Below are positions 1 to 8,798 of a stretch of DNA of 64,000 nt, in pieces. The DNA lies in IMG/VR virus record IMGVR_UViG_3300028888_001839, positions 1 through 64,000 of that record. One strand, given 5' to 3'. Under the pieces are notes generated by a model. It saw only the letters and a list, made by a program, of their open reading frames with translations. It was not told where the DNA came from and made no database searches. Both the position numbers and the translations under genes were made by a program. This DNA comes from a virus (Duplodnaviria; Heunggongvirae; Uroviricota; Caudoviricetes). Every line of letters begins with the position of its first letter. Position 1 is the stretch's first letter.

Positions 1-249
1 ACGACCTATGCACTCCTGAACCGCCTGTGACGGCAAGCCCTCCACAATTCTTGCGGTGCGGCAGGACACCTTCTTCTTCTTCGCAATGTGGGCTTGTAGT
101 TCAAATGCAGTCAAAGTCTTGCCGTACAACCTATAGTGTATCGCCATCATGCGGACTGCATAGTTCCGCACAAGCCCAAAGCGGGTGATGAGACGGTCTT
201 GCACCCCGTCTTTCGCCCTATCGTATGCCTTGAACTTGTAGACCTTCAT
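1..249 (-). CDS. tnpB: TnpB (IS200/IS605 RNA-guided nuclease), 5' part only; runs off the window start
   Basis: Manual translation from ATG 249 gives MKVYKFKAYDRAKDGVQDRLITRFGLVRNYAV...EGLPSQAVQECIGR, a close paralogue of the complete TnpB at 39351-40514(-). Confidence 0.88.
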   Translation of the reverse strand, partial: MKVYKFKAYDRAKDGVQDRLITRFGLVRNYAVRMMAIHYRLYGKTLTAFELQAHIAKKKKVSCRTARIVEGLPSQAVQECIGR

Positions 250-356
250 AGGCAAATAGAATCCGCAATCAGAAGGCAGAACCTTGGGACATAGCCAAGA
301 CTTCTGAATGCGGACATGAAAGTGTAGTGAATGTACTCATAGGGGTTCTGCTTCCT

Positions 357-385
357 ATCTTATCTAAATATTGCTAAAAAGTCAA
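357..385 (-). promoter_or_regulatory. sigma70-type promoter for the first tnpB
   Basis: Minus strand reads TTGACT-N17-TAAGAT, in the equivalent position to TTGACG-N17-CATAAT upstream of the paralogue. Confidence 0.6.
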
Positions 386-394
386 TATGGGGTA

Positions 395-424
395 TTGAAA
401 GCCAAAGCCTAAGTATGGTATACT
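395..424 (+). promoter_or_regulatory. sigma70-type (early) promoter with extended -10
   Basis: TTGAAA-N18-TATACT with TGG directly before the -10; same layout at 1135, 13170 and 14654. Confidence 0.65.
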
Positions 425-451
425 ATCGGCATGAGCAAAAAAGAAAGAGGT

Positions 452-496
452 GTTCGCTTTCTTCCCAACCCTAAATGGATTGGGTTTTCTCACTCA
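452..496 (-). mobile_element. IS200/IS605 left-end hairpin of the first tnpB element
   Basis: gttcgctttcttcccaaccctaaatggattgggttttctc is nearly identical to 40683-40722 (gttcgctttctccccaatcctaaagggattgggttctctc); imperfect palindrome. Confidence 0.75.
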
Positions 497-526
497 CTAG
501 CCATATAAAAATCAAGGACTACGAAG

Positions 527-1117
527 ATGATCAAGACAGTCAAGGGAGTTACTGCGAAGCTCACAACCGCAAGGGACATGGGCTACAAGTATTGCAAGGT
601 GGCGGTAGACAACAACAACATCGGATGCGCCTTGATAAAGGACATTCTGGATTCCATAAACTACTGCAACACCCCAGGAGGCAAGATTAGGACTTTCATT
701 CATAGAGGGTATGAGTATGCGGTAGATGAGGGGATAGAAATCACGATTCTAACAGATGAGGAATTCTTGGAGCATTACATAGGAATGCCGTGCAACAAGG
801 ATTTTATTGCGAAGGAAGATGATAGGCAACGGAGAGATGCACTAGAGAATGAATCTAGGGAACGGGAAGAACGATTGACGGAAGAGAAGTCCAAGCGTCT
901 CAAAGAGATGCTAGAGACAATGAATGACTCGCTGAATTCTCTAAAGGCAAATCCTAGCCCAAGCCCTAATCCTTCTAGGAATCTGTTTTCTGAGGAATCG
1001 GATGGAGACAATGATGAGCCTATAGGATTTAGGAAGCCACAAACGGAAAAGGGCAAGGAAGGATTTTTTGTCCGCTTCAAGAAATGGCTCAAAGGGGATG
1101 TAAGGTACAAGCGATAA
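527..1117 (+). CDS. hypothetical protein with charged coiled-coil C-terminus
   Basis: 196-aa ORF between two promoters; no recognisable motif. Confidence 0.65.
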   Translation: MIKTVKGVTAKLTTARDMGYKYCKVAVDNNNIGCALIKDILDSINYCNTPGGKIRTFIHRGYEYAVDEGIEITILTDEEFLEHYIGMPCNKDFIAKEDDRQRRDALENESREREERLTEEKSKRLKEMLETMNDSLNSLKANPSPSPNPSRNLFSEESDGDNDEPIGFRKPQTEKGKEGFFVRFKKWLKGDVRYKR

Positions 1118-1134
1118 TTTTCTTCCACACCCCA

Positions 1135-1164
1135 TTGAAAGCCTAATAGGAGGTGTGGTATAAT
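1135..1164 (+). promoter_or_regulatory. sigma70-type promoter of dnaN
   Basis: TTGAAA-N18-TATAAT with TGTGG before the -10. Confidence 0.7.
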
Positions 1165-1219
1165 CTAGTTTATTTTAGAGTCATCTTTGGAAAACAAAGA
1201 AAGGAAAACAAGAGTGAAC

Positions 1220-2323
1220 ATGCACATAAAAATCAGCAAGGCTTCCTTATCGGAGGCATTGAACAACGTACAGGCCGTGGTCGGCTCAAAGGGTGCTCTG
1301 CAAGTTCTGCAGAACGTGAAGGTGGAAGCAAAGGACGGAGAGGTGAAGTTTACCTGCTCCGACTTGGACGTAACCCTAGTGGCAAATGCGGAGTGCGAGA
1401 TTCTGGAGCCTGGCGCTACCACAATCCCAGTCAAGCCGTTTGCCGCAGCGGTTGGAAAGGTTGTAGACGGGACTATTGAAATCTCCGTTGACGGTCAGGA
1501 CTGCTCCACAATCACCGCAGGGGCTTCCGTGTTCAAGTTCAAGGGGCTTGCGGCCAAGGAGTTTCCGTCCATTCCCTCACCCGATGGCGCAACCTGCACA
1601 ATCGAGAGCAATGCAATCCGCGAAATGCTCCGCAAGACGGCTTTCGCCGTGAGTCAGGACGATACCCGCCGTACGCTGTCAGGCGTCCTTCTTGACTTCA
1701 AGGAGGGTGAGGGAATCGTCAAGGCTGTTGGCACGGACGGGCGGCGTCTCGCAATGCTAGATTGTAGCATAGAGAACACGAAGGGCTTCACCGGGCAGTA
1801 TATTATTCCCCGCAAGGCGGTTGATATGCTTTCTAAGAAGCTCCCGAAGGAGGGCAATGCGGAACTCGTCACGGCGAAGGGACAATTGCTCGTCAAGACG
1901 CCTCGGCTCATCGTAATCACGAAGCTCCTCGATGAGGTCTATCCGAACTACATGCAGGTTGTTCCAAAGGCGGACGGCAGTAGCGTGACCATGAACCGAG
2001 TGGAATTCCTCGGTGCGCTCGACCGCATTTCCGTGTTCACCTCCGCCACGGATTCGCCGTGCGTCGTGCTCACGTTCGGGGACAACAACCTCGTGCTCAA
2101 TTCAGGCGATACCGAGTTCGGCTCTTCGCACGATGAGATTCCCGTGAAGTACGACGGAGACACCATCGACATGCGCTTCAATCCGCAGTATGTCCGCGAT
2201 GCGCTCATGGCGATGGATGAGGATGAGATTGTGATGAAGATTACCGCAGCGGGTGCGCCTGCCGTGATTCGCAAGAGCGATTCCGACGACTACACCTATG
2301 TGGTGATGCCTCTTAGGGTCTAA
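1220..2323 (+). CDS. dnaN: DNA polymerase III beta sliding clamp
   Basis: About 367 aa with DnaN motifs (SDLDV, EFPSIP, FAVSQDDTRRTLSGV, VGTDGRRLA, IIPRKAV, YPNYMQVVP, FNPQY, YVVMPLRV). ATG 1220 preferred over TTG 1187. Confidence 0.95.
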   Translation: MHIKISKASLSEALNNVQAVVGSKGALQVLQNVKVEAKDGEVKFTCSDLDVTLVANAECEILEPGATTIPVKPFAAAVGKVVDGTIEISVDGQDCSTITAGASVFKFKGLAAKEFPSIPSPDGATCTIESNAIREMLRKTAFAVSQDDTRRTLSGVLLDFKEGEGIVKAVGTDGRRLAMLDCSIENTKGFTGQYIIPRKAVDMLSKKLPKEGNAELVTAKGQLLVKTPRLIVITKLLDEVYPNYMQVVPKADGSSVTMNRVEFLGALDRISVFTSATDSPCVVLTFGDNNLVLNSGDTEFGSSHDEIPVKYDGDTIDMRFNPQYVRDALMAMDEDEIVMKITAAGAPAVIRKSDSDDYTYVVMPLRV

Positions 2324-2357
2324 CTTCCAAAGAACAAATCTTTCTTTGCCTATCCTG

Positions 2358-2390
2358 CCGCTCCCCTGCCAATCGGGGAGCGGTTTTTTT
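2358..2390 (+). terminator. Rho-independent terminator after dnaN
   Basis: CCGCTCCCC-loop-GGGGAGCGG followed by T7. Confidence 0.9.
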
Positions 2391-2600
2391 GTGTCTTTTA
2401 ACCGAGAGAGGAGGTTTTAAAATCAGAAATGCTTTCTGCATATTGAAAAGGTTCCAGAACGGTTTCCCGTGTTCCAGAGAGACACTTCCTTCTATATTTG
2501 GTAGAAAAAATGACATGGTGTTTTAGACTTGTCTTTGAGTGTATGTATGAGATATGCCTTTTATTCATGCACACCATGCCATAACCTTGAATAAACAAAG

Positions 2601-3938
2601 TTGCCTAATAGGCAAGTTCTGATGAAGGAAGCCAATACAAAGAAGCGAACATGTTCAGCCGAAAAGCGGGGGCGGATAGTAGCCGCTCGCAATGCTACGG
2701 CCATGCGGCGGCGGCATCAGGTTGGCTTTGTCTATGAGTGCAAGATAGTGGAGAAGCGGCTGAACAAGAAGCAGAGAGAGGAACTTAAAAGGCTATTTGT
2801 AGAAGGGAAATGGTTCTACAACCACGTTCTTTCACTCCACAGAGAAGGGCTGGAACTGTCGAAAATAAACTCAGCCGACATCAGGGAAGTTGTTCATTTT
2901 GACCGAAACAGGGAAAAACTGACGGATAGTCTTACAACCCTCAATGCGCAGGAGAAGCAGGCAATCGTCAAAAGAATGGCTTCCAATGAGCAGACGATAG
3001 CCACCCTCACAAAGAAGGGCAAGCAGAAGAACGGAGAACTTCACTTCCTGTCTGAAATGACTAGCATACCATTGAAGCAGTACGGAGTAACCTACAAGTT
3101 CAAGTCAGCGAACAAGGTAAGGATAGGCGGGATAAGCGGAACTGTCCTAGTCAGAGCTGGCGGACAGTTAGACAATGTAGACGAGTTCGCAAATGCCAAT
3201 CTTGTCCATCGTGCGGACGGATACTTCCTAAAAGTCACTTGTTTCATCAACGAAGAGAACTACAAACCAAAACCAACCAACGGAAAGGAAATAGGGCTTG
3301 ATTTCGGAATCAAGACAACGATAACGACTTCAGAAGGCGAAAAGATAGACGTGCATGTTGAAGAAAGCGAACGGCTGAAGAAGCTCCAGAGGGAGATGTT
3401 CAAGAGGCGGAAGGGTTCGAGCAACAGGTACAGGACGGTCTTGAAGATTCGCCGAGAGTATCAGAAGATGAGACATCGGAAGTCCGACAAAGCAAACAAG
3501 ATAGTGTCTCGCCTGAAGCAGTACGATGCCATAGTCATTCAGGACGAAATGATAGCGGGTTGGCACAGAGGATTGTTCGGGAAGGAGGTTCAGCACAGTT
3601 GCCTTGGCATGGTCAAGGCAAAATTGATGCGGCTGCCGCAGACAACGGTGTTGTCTAGCGGAATCCCTACTACTAAAATGTGTCCGAAGTGCGGCACAGT
3701 GAACCAGTACATCACCCTAGCCGACCGCACATACCATTGCGGATGTGGCTATACTGAAGACCGCGACATTCATTCCGCCCGTAACATGATAGCGATTCGT
3801 GACATGGTGCTGTCCCACTTGAAAAAACTACCGACGGAACATCGGGAAGTCACGCTCACGGAGTTTCGCGCCTCTATTGGTGGCTTAGTTGCCCCAGACA
3901 AGCCGGAACGAGGAAGTGAGAAGATGCTAGCTCTTTAG
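2601..3938 (+). CDS. tnpB: TnpB (IS605 OrfB family)
   Basis: RuvC-I IGLDFGIKT, RuvC-II region IVIQDE, Zn ribbon CPKCG...CGCG, RuvC-III DRDIHSARN. Start may be ATG 2622. Confidence 0.9.
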   Translation: MPNRQVLMKEANTKKRTCSAEKRGRIVAARNATAMRRRHQVGFVYECKIVEKRLNKKQREELKRLFVEGKWFYNHVLSLHREGLELSKINSADIREVVHFDRNREKLTDSLTTLNAQEKQAIVKRMASNEQTIATLTKKGKQKNGELHFLSEMTSIPLKQYGVTYKFKSANKVRIGGISGTVLVRAGGQLDNVDEFANANLVHRADGYFLKVTCFINEENYKPKPTNGKEIGLDFGIKTTITTSEGEKIDVHVEESERLKKLQREMFKRRKGSSNRYRTVLKIRREYQKMRHRKSDKANKIVSRLKQYDAIVIQDEMIAGWHRGLFGKEVQHSCLGMVKAKLMRLPQTTVLSSGIPTTKMCPKCGTVNQYITLADRTYHCGCGYTEDRDIHSARNMIAIRDMVLSHLKKLPTEHREVTLTEFRASIGGLVAPDKPERGSEKMLAL

Positions 3939-3975
3939 GCTGGCATAGAGTTCACCATCTAGGCAATTCCTAGGA
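3820..3975 (+). ncRNA. TnpB reRNA/omega-RNA and right end (ends TTCAC at 3955); guide begins CATCTAGGCAATTCC
   Basis: GAAGATGCTAGCTCTTTAGGCTGGCATAGAGTTCAC hairpin overlapping the stop codon, typical of an IS605 right end. 5' limit approximate; the left end (between 2395 and 2600) was not resolved. Confidence 0.65.
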
Positions 3976-4008
3976 AAGAGTCTGTTTTTTTTCGGAAGGA
4001 AATTGTAT

Positions 4009-4464
4009 ATGATTGACCCTAATAAAGTCACCGAAGCCGTAATGGAGTTCATGCAGAACCCGACTTGGAAGGACATTTTCACGAATGCCCCAGGGGGCGC
4101 AATGGAGCGGCTTGCAATATCGTTCTACTTCTCCAAGTTCCATGACCAGTTCCAGCCGCAGGACTTTCAGGAGTATCGTGACTTGAGGGACGAATATGAG
4201 AAGTCTATGACGGCGGAAGATTTGCAGTACCTTATCGACAATAGCGATAAGGAGAATGCTATCAAGCACTATCAGGAACTCCTAGACAAGATACAGGGCG
4301 GGCAAGAGCCAACCGGCACCCTACGGTTCGAGAAGGACGGCGAAGAAGCCGCACAGGAGGGGCAGGAGGGAGCAGAAGCGGTTCCGCAAGGGGAAGAGCC
4401 ACAGCAGGGTACGGAGGGCGGAGAGGCTGCGGAACAGCCCAAGAAAGAAGAGGAACAGGCTTAA
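4009..4464 (+). CDS. hypothetical acidic protein
   Basis: ORF with AAGGA ribosome site and E/Q/G-rich C-terminal tail. Confidence 0.7.
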   Translation: MIDPNKVTEAVMEFMQNPTWKDIFTNAPGGAMERLAISFYFSKFHDQFQPQDFQEYRDLRDEYEKSMTAEDLQYLIDNSDKENAIKHYQELLDKIQGGQEPTGTLRFEKDGEEAAQEGQEGAEAVPQGEEPQQGTEGGEAAEQPKKEEEQA

Positions 4465-4482
4465 TCGTCTGGGGAGTTTGCG

Positions 4483-7400
4483 ATGACAATCAAAGAAGCA
4501 TTTGCGCAGGCTTTTGACGAGGCATTCGTGATGGATGCCATGCCGGGAAACGATATGCCGAAGAACACCCTTCCGCAGAAGCCAAATGCACCTAGCGGAT
4601 TGAAGAAGAATGCGGCTGCGGCCCCTGGTGCAAATCCTACTTCTGGGGGCGACAAGTCTCTTTCACAGCATATCCAAGAAGGATGCGAAGCCACGAAGAA
4701 CGGCCACCCAGAGAGGTGTCCGTACATCAAAAAGATGGCGAAGGAACTCGAGCAGTCTCAGGGATTGGATCCTACAACAGCAATGCAGCAGGCTATCGGG
4801 ATGCACACCGCAGAGGCAGCCAAGTTCGGGCAAGGTGGAGCACAGCCGCAAGAGGGAATGGAGCCGCAACCGCAAAGCCCAGAGATGCTAGAGCAGCAGG
4901 CGCAGCAGATAGCACAGAATCCGCAGATGATGGAGCAGATTCCGTCAGAGATGCTTCCTGAGACAAAGATGGTCCAGACGGAGGCGGGCGAACTGCCAGC
5001 ACAGACAACGGTTCAAGAGGGGATATTGGAGAATCTTACGGAGCAGGCGGCGTCTGGGAACACACTAGCCGAAGAGTCTCTACAGGAACTGAAGGACAAG
5101 GTAGAAGACGGAACGATAACGCAAAGCGGTGAACAGCAGCAAGCAGAAGTAGCTGGAAGCGAAGGGAATACGGGGGGAGAGGCAGGGCAGCCATTAGACG
5201 ATTCTTCGCTACCGCCAAGTCCGCCGCCACCTGAACCTGAAATAATTTCCACTAGCGATGGAAAGAGTTCGAGAAATATAGAGCCTGATGAGGCGATGGT
5301 TCTTGCGGCCAATCCAGAGAAGAAAGAAATCTTCCAGAAGATGGTTGACATAGAGGGAAAGATCAGAGACCTTGAGGAAGACAGCCCCGAGTTCAAGGAT
5401 CTGGCAAAACAGTACCAAGCATTGCAGAGGATGTTCTTTGGCAACGAAGGAATGGGGGACATTTCTTCTGAAAGTCCTTCTGGCGCAGAAAGCAAAGGAG
5501 AACCATCAGAAGGTGAATCTCCTACACCACCTTCGCCACCAGCCGATGGTTCTGGAGAGGGCGATACCAGCGGAGGAGGTGAAGGAGGCGATGGAAGCGA
5601 ACCTCCATCTGAGACTCCACCTACTACTCCACCTTCGGAAACACCAACTACAACTCCACCCAACAAGAACAATGGAGGAGCGCCTACACATCAGGGGACA
5701 CCGACACCTAGCGACTCAGAATTCCAGATAGGGAAAAACAAGTATAAGGTAGGCGGCACAGTCTATACCGATGTCTCAGGCAAAGGGCTCCTCCGCACGA
5801 TGCTTTCCTCTTTCATGGCGGGTCTTCGCGGAGAGGGCATCATTACCGGATGGGATAGAATCTCTGGTGCTTGGGACCAGATGAAGCGTTCTGAGAATGG
5901 TGAAATGGTGAGAGACGGCATATCGGGCGCTCTTATCAAGAACACCATAGCCAACTATGCGGCGAAGGAAGGGCTGCCCGACGATGCGAAGATGGAGCTT
6001 GCCGTCATACAGGACATGATTTCGCAGGCAAAGTCTCCAAAGGACAACATGGCGGCGGTCAAGCAGTTCCAGGCTTGGAAGGAGAAGTATTCCAAGGAAC
6101 TCGGAGAGATGGACAAGCCAAAACTCGGTGAACCATTCAAGCCGCTTCCGAACGACTACAAGGGAGGGAAGCCTCCGATTTCCATACTCGATCCGCCAAA
6201 GGACTTCGATTCGGACAAGGCTTTCGGAGATCAGGTTGCCACAGTCCTGCAGGAAAGCCTAGGAGCACAAGGACTACCTGTAGGAGACATAGAATCCATA
6301 AGCGTAGGGCCGTCTGCGACAACGATAGAGTTCAAGGTAGACCCCGCTTTCGACATTACGGCAGCCAATAGCAAGAAGATCAAGGAATCGCTTAAGGGCG
6401 CATTGGGGACGCCCGTATCCAAGATAGAATATGCTGACGGAAAGCCTCATGTGGTTGCCGTGCAGGTAACTAACCTTAAGATGAGGGACGTAAGTTTCTC
6501 CGCCTGCATAGCGAGTGACGAATGGAAGGACTTTGCGGACAAGGCGGGACTTCCTGTGACATTGGGCAAGGATTCATCTGGAAAGAACGTCAACCTAGAC
6601 CTAGCCAAGCAGCCTCATACAATCGTGACGGGCGAATCTGGTTCCGGCAAGTCCGTGTTCCTAATGGCGGCGATAAACTCCCTAGAGATGGCAAAGACGC
6701 CAGATGAGGCACGGCTAGTTCTCCTAGACCCGAAGAACGAATTCCGTTCGCAGGACGGTTCACCTCATCTTCTATATCCAAGAGCACAGAAGCCGCAGGA
6801 CATAGCGAACGTAGTGAGTTCGCTTAAGGCGCTCATGGATGATCGCATCGCAAAGATAGGCGGTGCGGTAAAGGACTTCGACCCGACGAAGAACGAGTTC
6901 CAAGGCAACTCTGACAGGAACATTACGGAATACAACAAGCTACACCCAGAGGAGAAGATGCCTCATGTCCTTATGACATTCGACGAGGTTGCTTCCATAA
7001 TGAAGAATCCCGAAGTGTCAGACAGGGTGAAGCAGGACTTGAGCCAGATTATGGCTCTTGGCCGTTCTGTCGGCATCAACTGTCTACTCGCCACGCAGCG
7101 GGCTGATGTTGCCTCCATTCCGGGAGACATAAAGGCGAATGCTCCGGCTTCTATCGCTTTCAAGGCGGCCCCAGACGATGCAAAGGCATCTGCTGCGGCA
7201 AAGAGTCTTGCGGGAAGCGGAGACTTCATAATGACCGACAAGGAGGGCAAGCAGACGAGAGGGCGCGGTTGCTTCATCTCTGACAAGGAAGTAGCGGCAA
7301 TACCAGCATACTATCGGGACAACATGAAGGGTGCTCCGACGCCAACCGACGGAGGAGGAGATTCGGGTGGTGGAGAAGGGCCGCAACTTCCGCAGGAACA

Positions 7401-8784
7401 TCTGGATGCAATATCTGCCGCCGTGGAGAAGGGGAATCCTATTTCTATGGTAGCGGCCGAGGGGTACATGGATGCATTCAAGAATGCCTTCCCTTCCGAC
7501 TGGGAAATAACGGAGGAGGAAATTGACGGAGAAACCCACTGGAAAGCATCTCCTCCGTCCAAGCCTACCGAGGGAGAAGATACACCAGCACCAGAAGAAA
7601 GCGGCGAAGAGACTCCTGCTAAAGAAGAGCCGAAAGAGGAGAATACGGACTGGCGCAAGGATGGTTCTAGGGATGAGGCCATAGCAACTCTCTCCAAGGT
7701 AAGAGATGCCGCCAAAGCGAAAGCATGGGACGCCTACAATCAGGGAGAGGACACTTCAGATGCCCAGAAGAAGCTCCAGAAAGCGCTTGAAAAGGCGGAT
7801 TCTGACTTCAACACGAAGATGGCGCTTGTCGATATGAAGTTCCCGCCTCCAGAAGACGAATCCTTGGATGGAGATTCCACAGAAGGGGAAGGTGAAGAGG
7901 GAGAATCCTCCATGCCAGAGGAAAATGGTGACGATGATGAGGACTCTCCCGCCGCCACTATGAAGGACATTGAAGAGACCTTCAATGCCGAAAGAGAGCG
8001 CATCGAGAAAGCCCTATCAAAGCCAAACACAAAGGTAAGGGACAAGCAGAAGCTCCGCGAAGAGAGGAAAGCCCTAAAGAAGAGGTTCAACGAAGCCAAA
8101 GCGAAATTCGAGGCTGGTGGTTCGGCGGAAGATATGCTTAACATCTTCGAGCCAGAGGAGGAAAAACCAGCAGGAGAGGGCGGCACGAAGACACAAGAAA
8201 CAACCACAGAACCTTCCGATGAGGATAAGGCGGAAGCGGCACAGCAGGAACAGGCACAGAAGGATGAGAAACTGCGCTCTACCGTTCGTGAGCAGAAGTT
8301 CTATGGAGCACCGGGCTTCAAGGCTACTTCGAAGTTGACTTCAAAGCAGATAGAGCAGATAGAAGAAACCTTGCTTCCTACAGGATGGGAGTTTGTGACG
8401 GACAACCAGTTCAAGGCGCCAGCACGCACCAAGAAAGGAGTGGTGTTCATCAGACACCCATCTAACGGCTCCTATGGAAGAATCTTCATCGAGACGGATG
8501 AGAAGGGCAAGGAGTACATTGTGCCAGAAGCCCAGATTGACGTTGACACGACACACCCGGATTATCAGGGGTTCGTGAAGAATGAAGACGGCACCTATGG
8601 CCTAACGGAAGATGGAAAGAAAGCAGAGGCAGAATACAAGCATGTCCGCAAGTATTCCAATAACGAGAAGGAGCGCGCGGAAGTCCAGACGAAGTTCAAC
8701 CGCATTAGGTTCGGACACGACGAAGCCCCTGACAACATGACAATTGTAGCTAATGCGGTTGCAAAAGTCTTGGAAAGCCTGTAA
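4483..8784 (+). CDS. large head-module protein with FtsK/SpoIIIE motor domain; candidate internal virion protein
   Basis: Alpha-domain-like VGPSATTIEF, LPVTLGKD, Walker A GESGSGKS, LVLLDPK, Walker B LMTFDE, ALGRSVGINCLLATQR. Flanks are low-complexity and acidic; no transmembrane segment is evident. Confidence 0.85.
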   Translation: MTIKEAFAQAFDEAFVMDAMPGNDMPKNTLPQKPNAPSGLKKNAAAAPGANPTSGGDKSLSQHIQEGCEATKNGHPERCPYIKKMAKELEQSQGLDPTTAMQQAIGMHTAEAAKFGQGGAQPQEGMEPQPQSPEMLEQQAQQIAQNPQMMEQIPSEMLPETKMVQTEAGELPAQTTVQEGILENLTEQAASGNTLAEESLQELKDKVEDGTITQSGEQQQAEVAGSEGNTGGEAGQPLDDSSLPPSPPPPEPEIISTSDGKSSRNIEPDEAMVLAANPEKKEIFQKMVDIEGKIRDLEEDSPEFKDLAKQYQALQRMFFGNEGMGDISSESPSGAESKGEPSEGESPTPPSPPADGSGEGDTSGGGEGGDGSEPPSETPPTTPPSETPTTTPPNKNNGGAPTHQGTPTPSDSEFQIGKNKYKVGGTVYTDVSGKGLLRTMLSSFMAGLRGEGIITGWDRISGAWDQMKRSENGEMVRDGISGALIKNTIANYAAKEGLPDDAKMELAVIQDMISQAKSPKDNMAAVKQFQAWKEKYSKELGEMDKPKLGEPFKPLPNDYKGGKPPISILDPPKDFDSDKAFGDQVATVLQESLGAQGLPVGDIESISVGPSATTIEFKVDPAFDITAANSKKIKESLKGALGTPVSKIEYADGKPHVVAVQVTNLKMRDVSFSACIASDEWKDFADKAGLPVTLGKDSSGKNVNLDLAKQPHTIVTGESGSGKSVFLMAAINSLEMAKTPDEARLVLLDPKNEFRSQDGSPHLLYPRAQKPQDIANVVSSLKALMDDRIAKIGGAVKDFDPTKNEFQGNSDRNITEYNKLHPEEKMPHVLMTFDEVASIMKNPEVSDRVKQDLSQIMALGRSVGINCLLATQRADVASIPGDIKANAPASIAFKAAPDDAKASAAAKSLAGSGDFIMTDKEGKQTRGRGCFISDKEVAAIPAYYRDNMKGAPTPTDGGGDSGGGEGPQLPQEHLDAISAAVEKGNPISMVAAEGYMDAFKNAFPSDWEITEEEIDGETHWKASPPSKPTEGEDTPAPEESGEETPAKEEPKEENTDWRKDGSRDEAIATLSKVRDAAKAKAWDAYNQGEDTSDAQKKLQKALEKADSDFNTKMALVDMKFPPPEDESLDGDSTEGEGEEGESSMPEENGDDDEDSPAATMKDIEETFNAERERIEKALSKPNTKVRDKQKLREERKALKKRFNEAKAKFEAGGSAEDMLNIFEPEEEKPAGEGGTKTQETTTEPSDEDKAEAAQQEQAQKDEKLRSTVREQKFYGAPGFKATSKLTSKQIEQIEETLLPTGWEFVTDNQFKAPARTKKGVVFIRHPSNGSYGRIFIETDEKGKEYIVPEAQIDVDTTHPDYQGFVKNEDGTYGLTEDGKKAEAEYKHVRKYSNNEKERAEVQTKFNRIRFGHDEAPDNMTIVANAVAKVLESL

Positions 8785-8798
8785 AAGAGGAACTTGAA

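Noticed and set aside
2454-2465. CCAGAACGGTT shared with about 40632-40642 upstream of another tnpB
   Set aside because: Only 11 nt and in opposite orientation relative to the genes; chance cannot be excluded.
5490-5665. PPSETP/PS low-complexity repeats as a DNA repeat element
   Set aside because: Degenerate at synonymous positions; this is a protein linker.
6200-7330. Host cell-division ftsK or conjugative coupling protein
   Set aside because: No transmembrane or gamma domain is evident, and there are no chromosomal or conjugation genes nearby.
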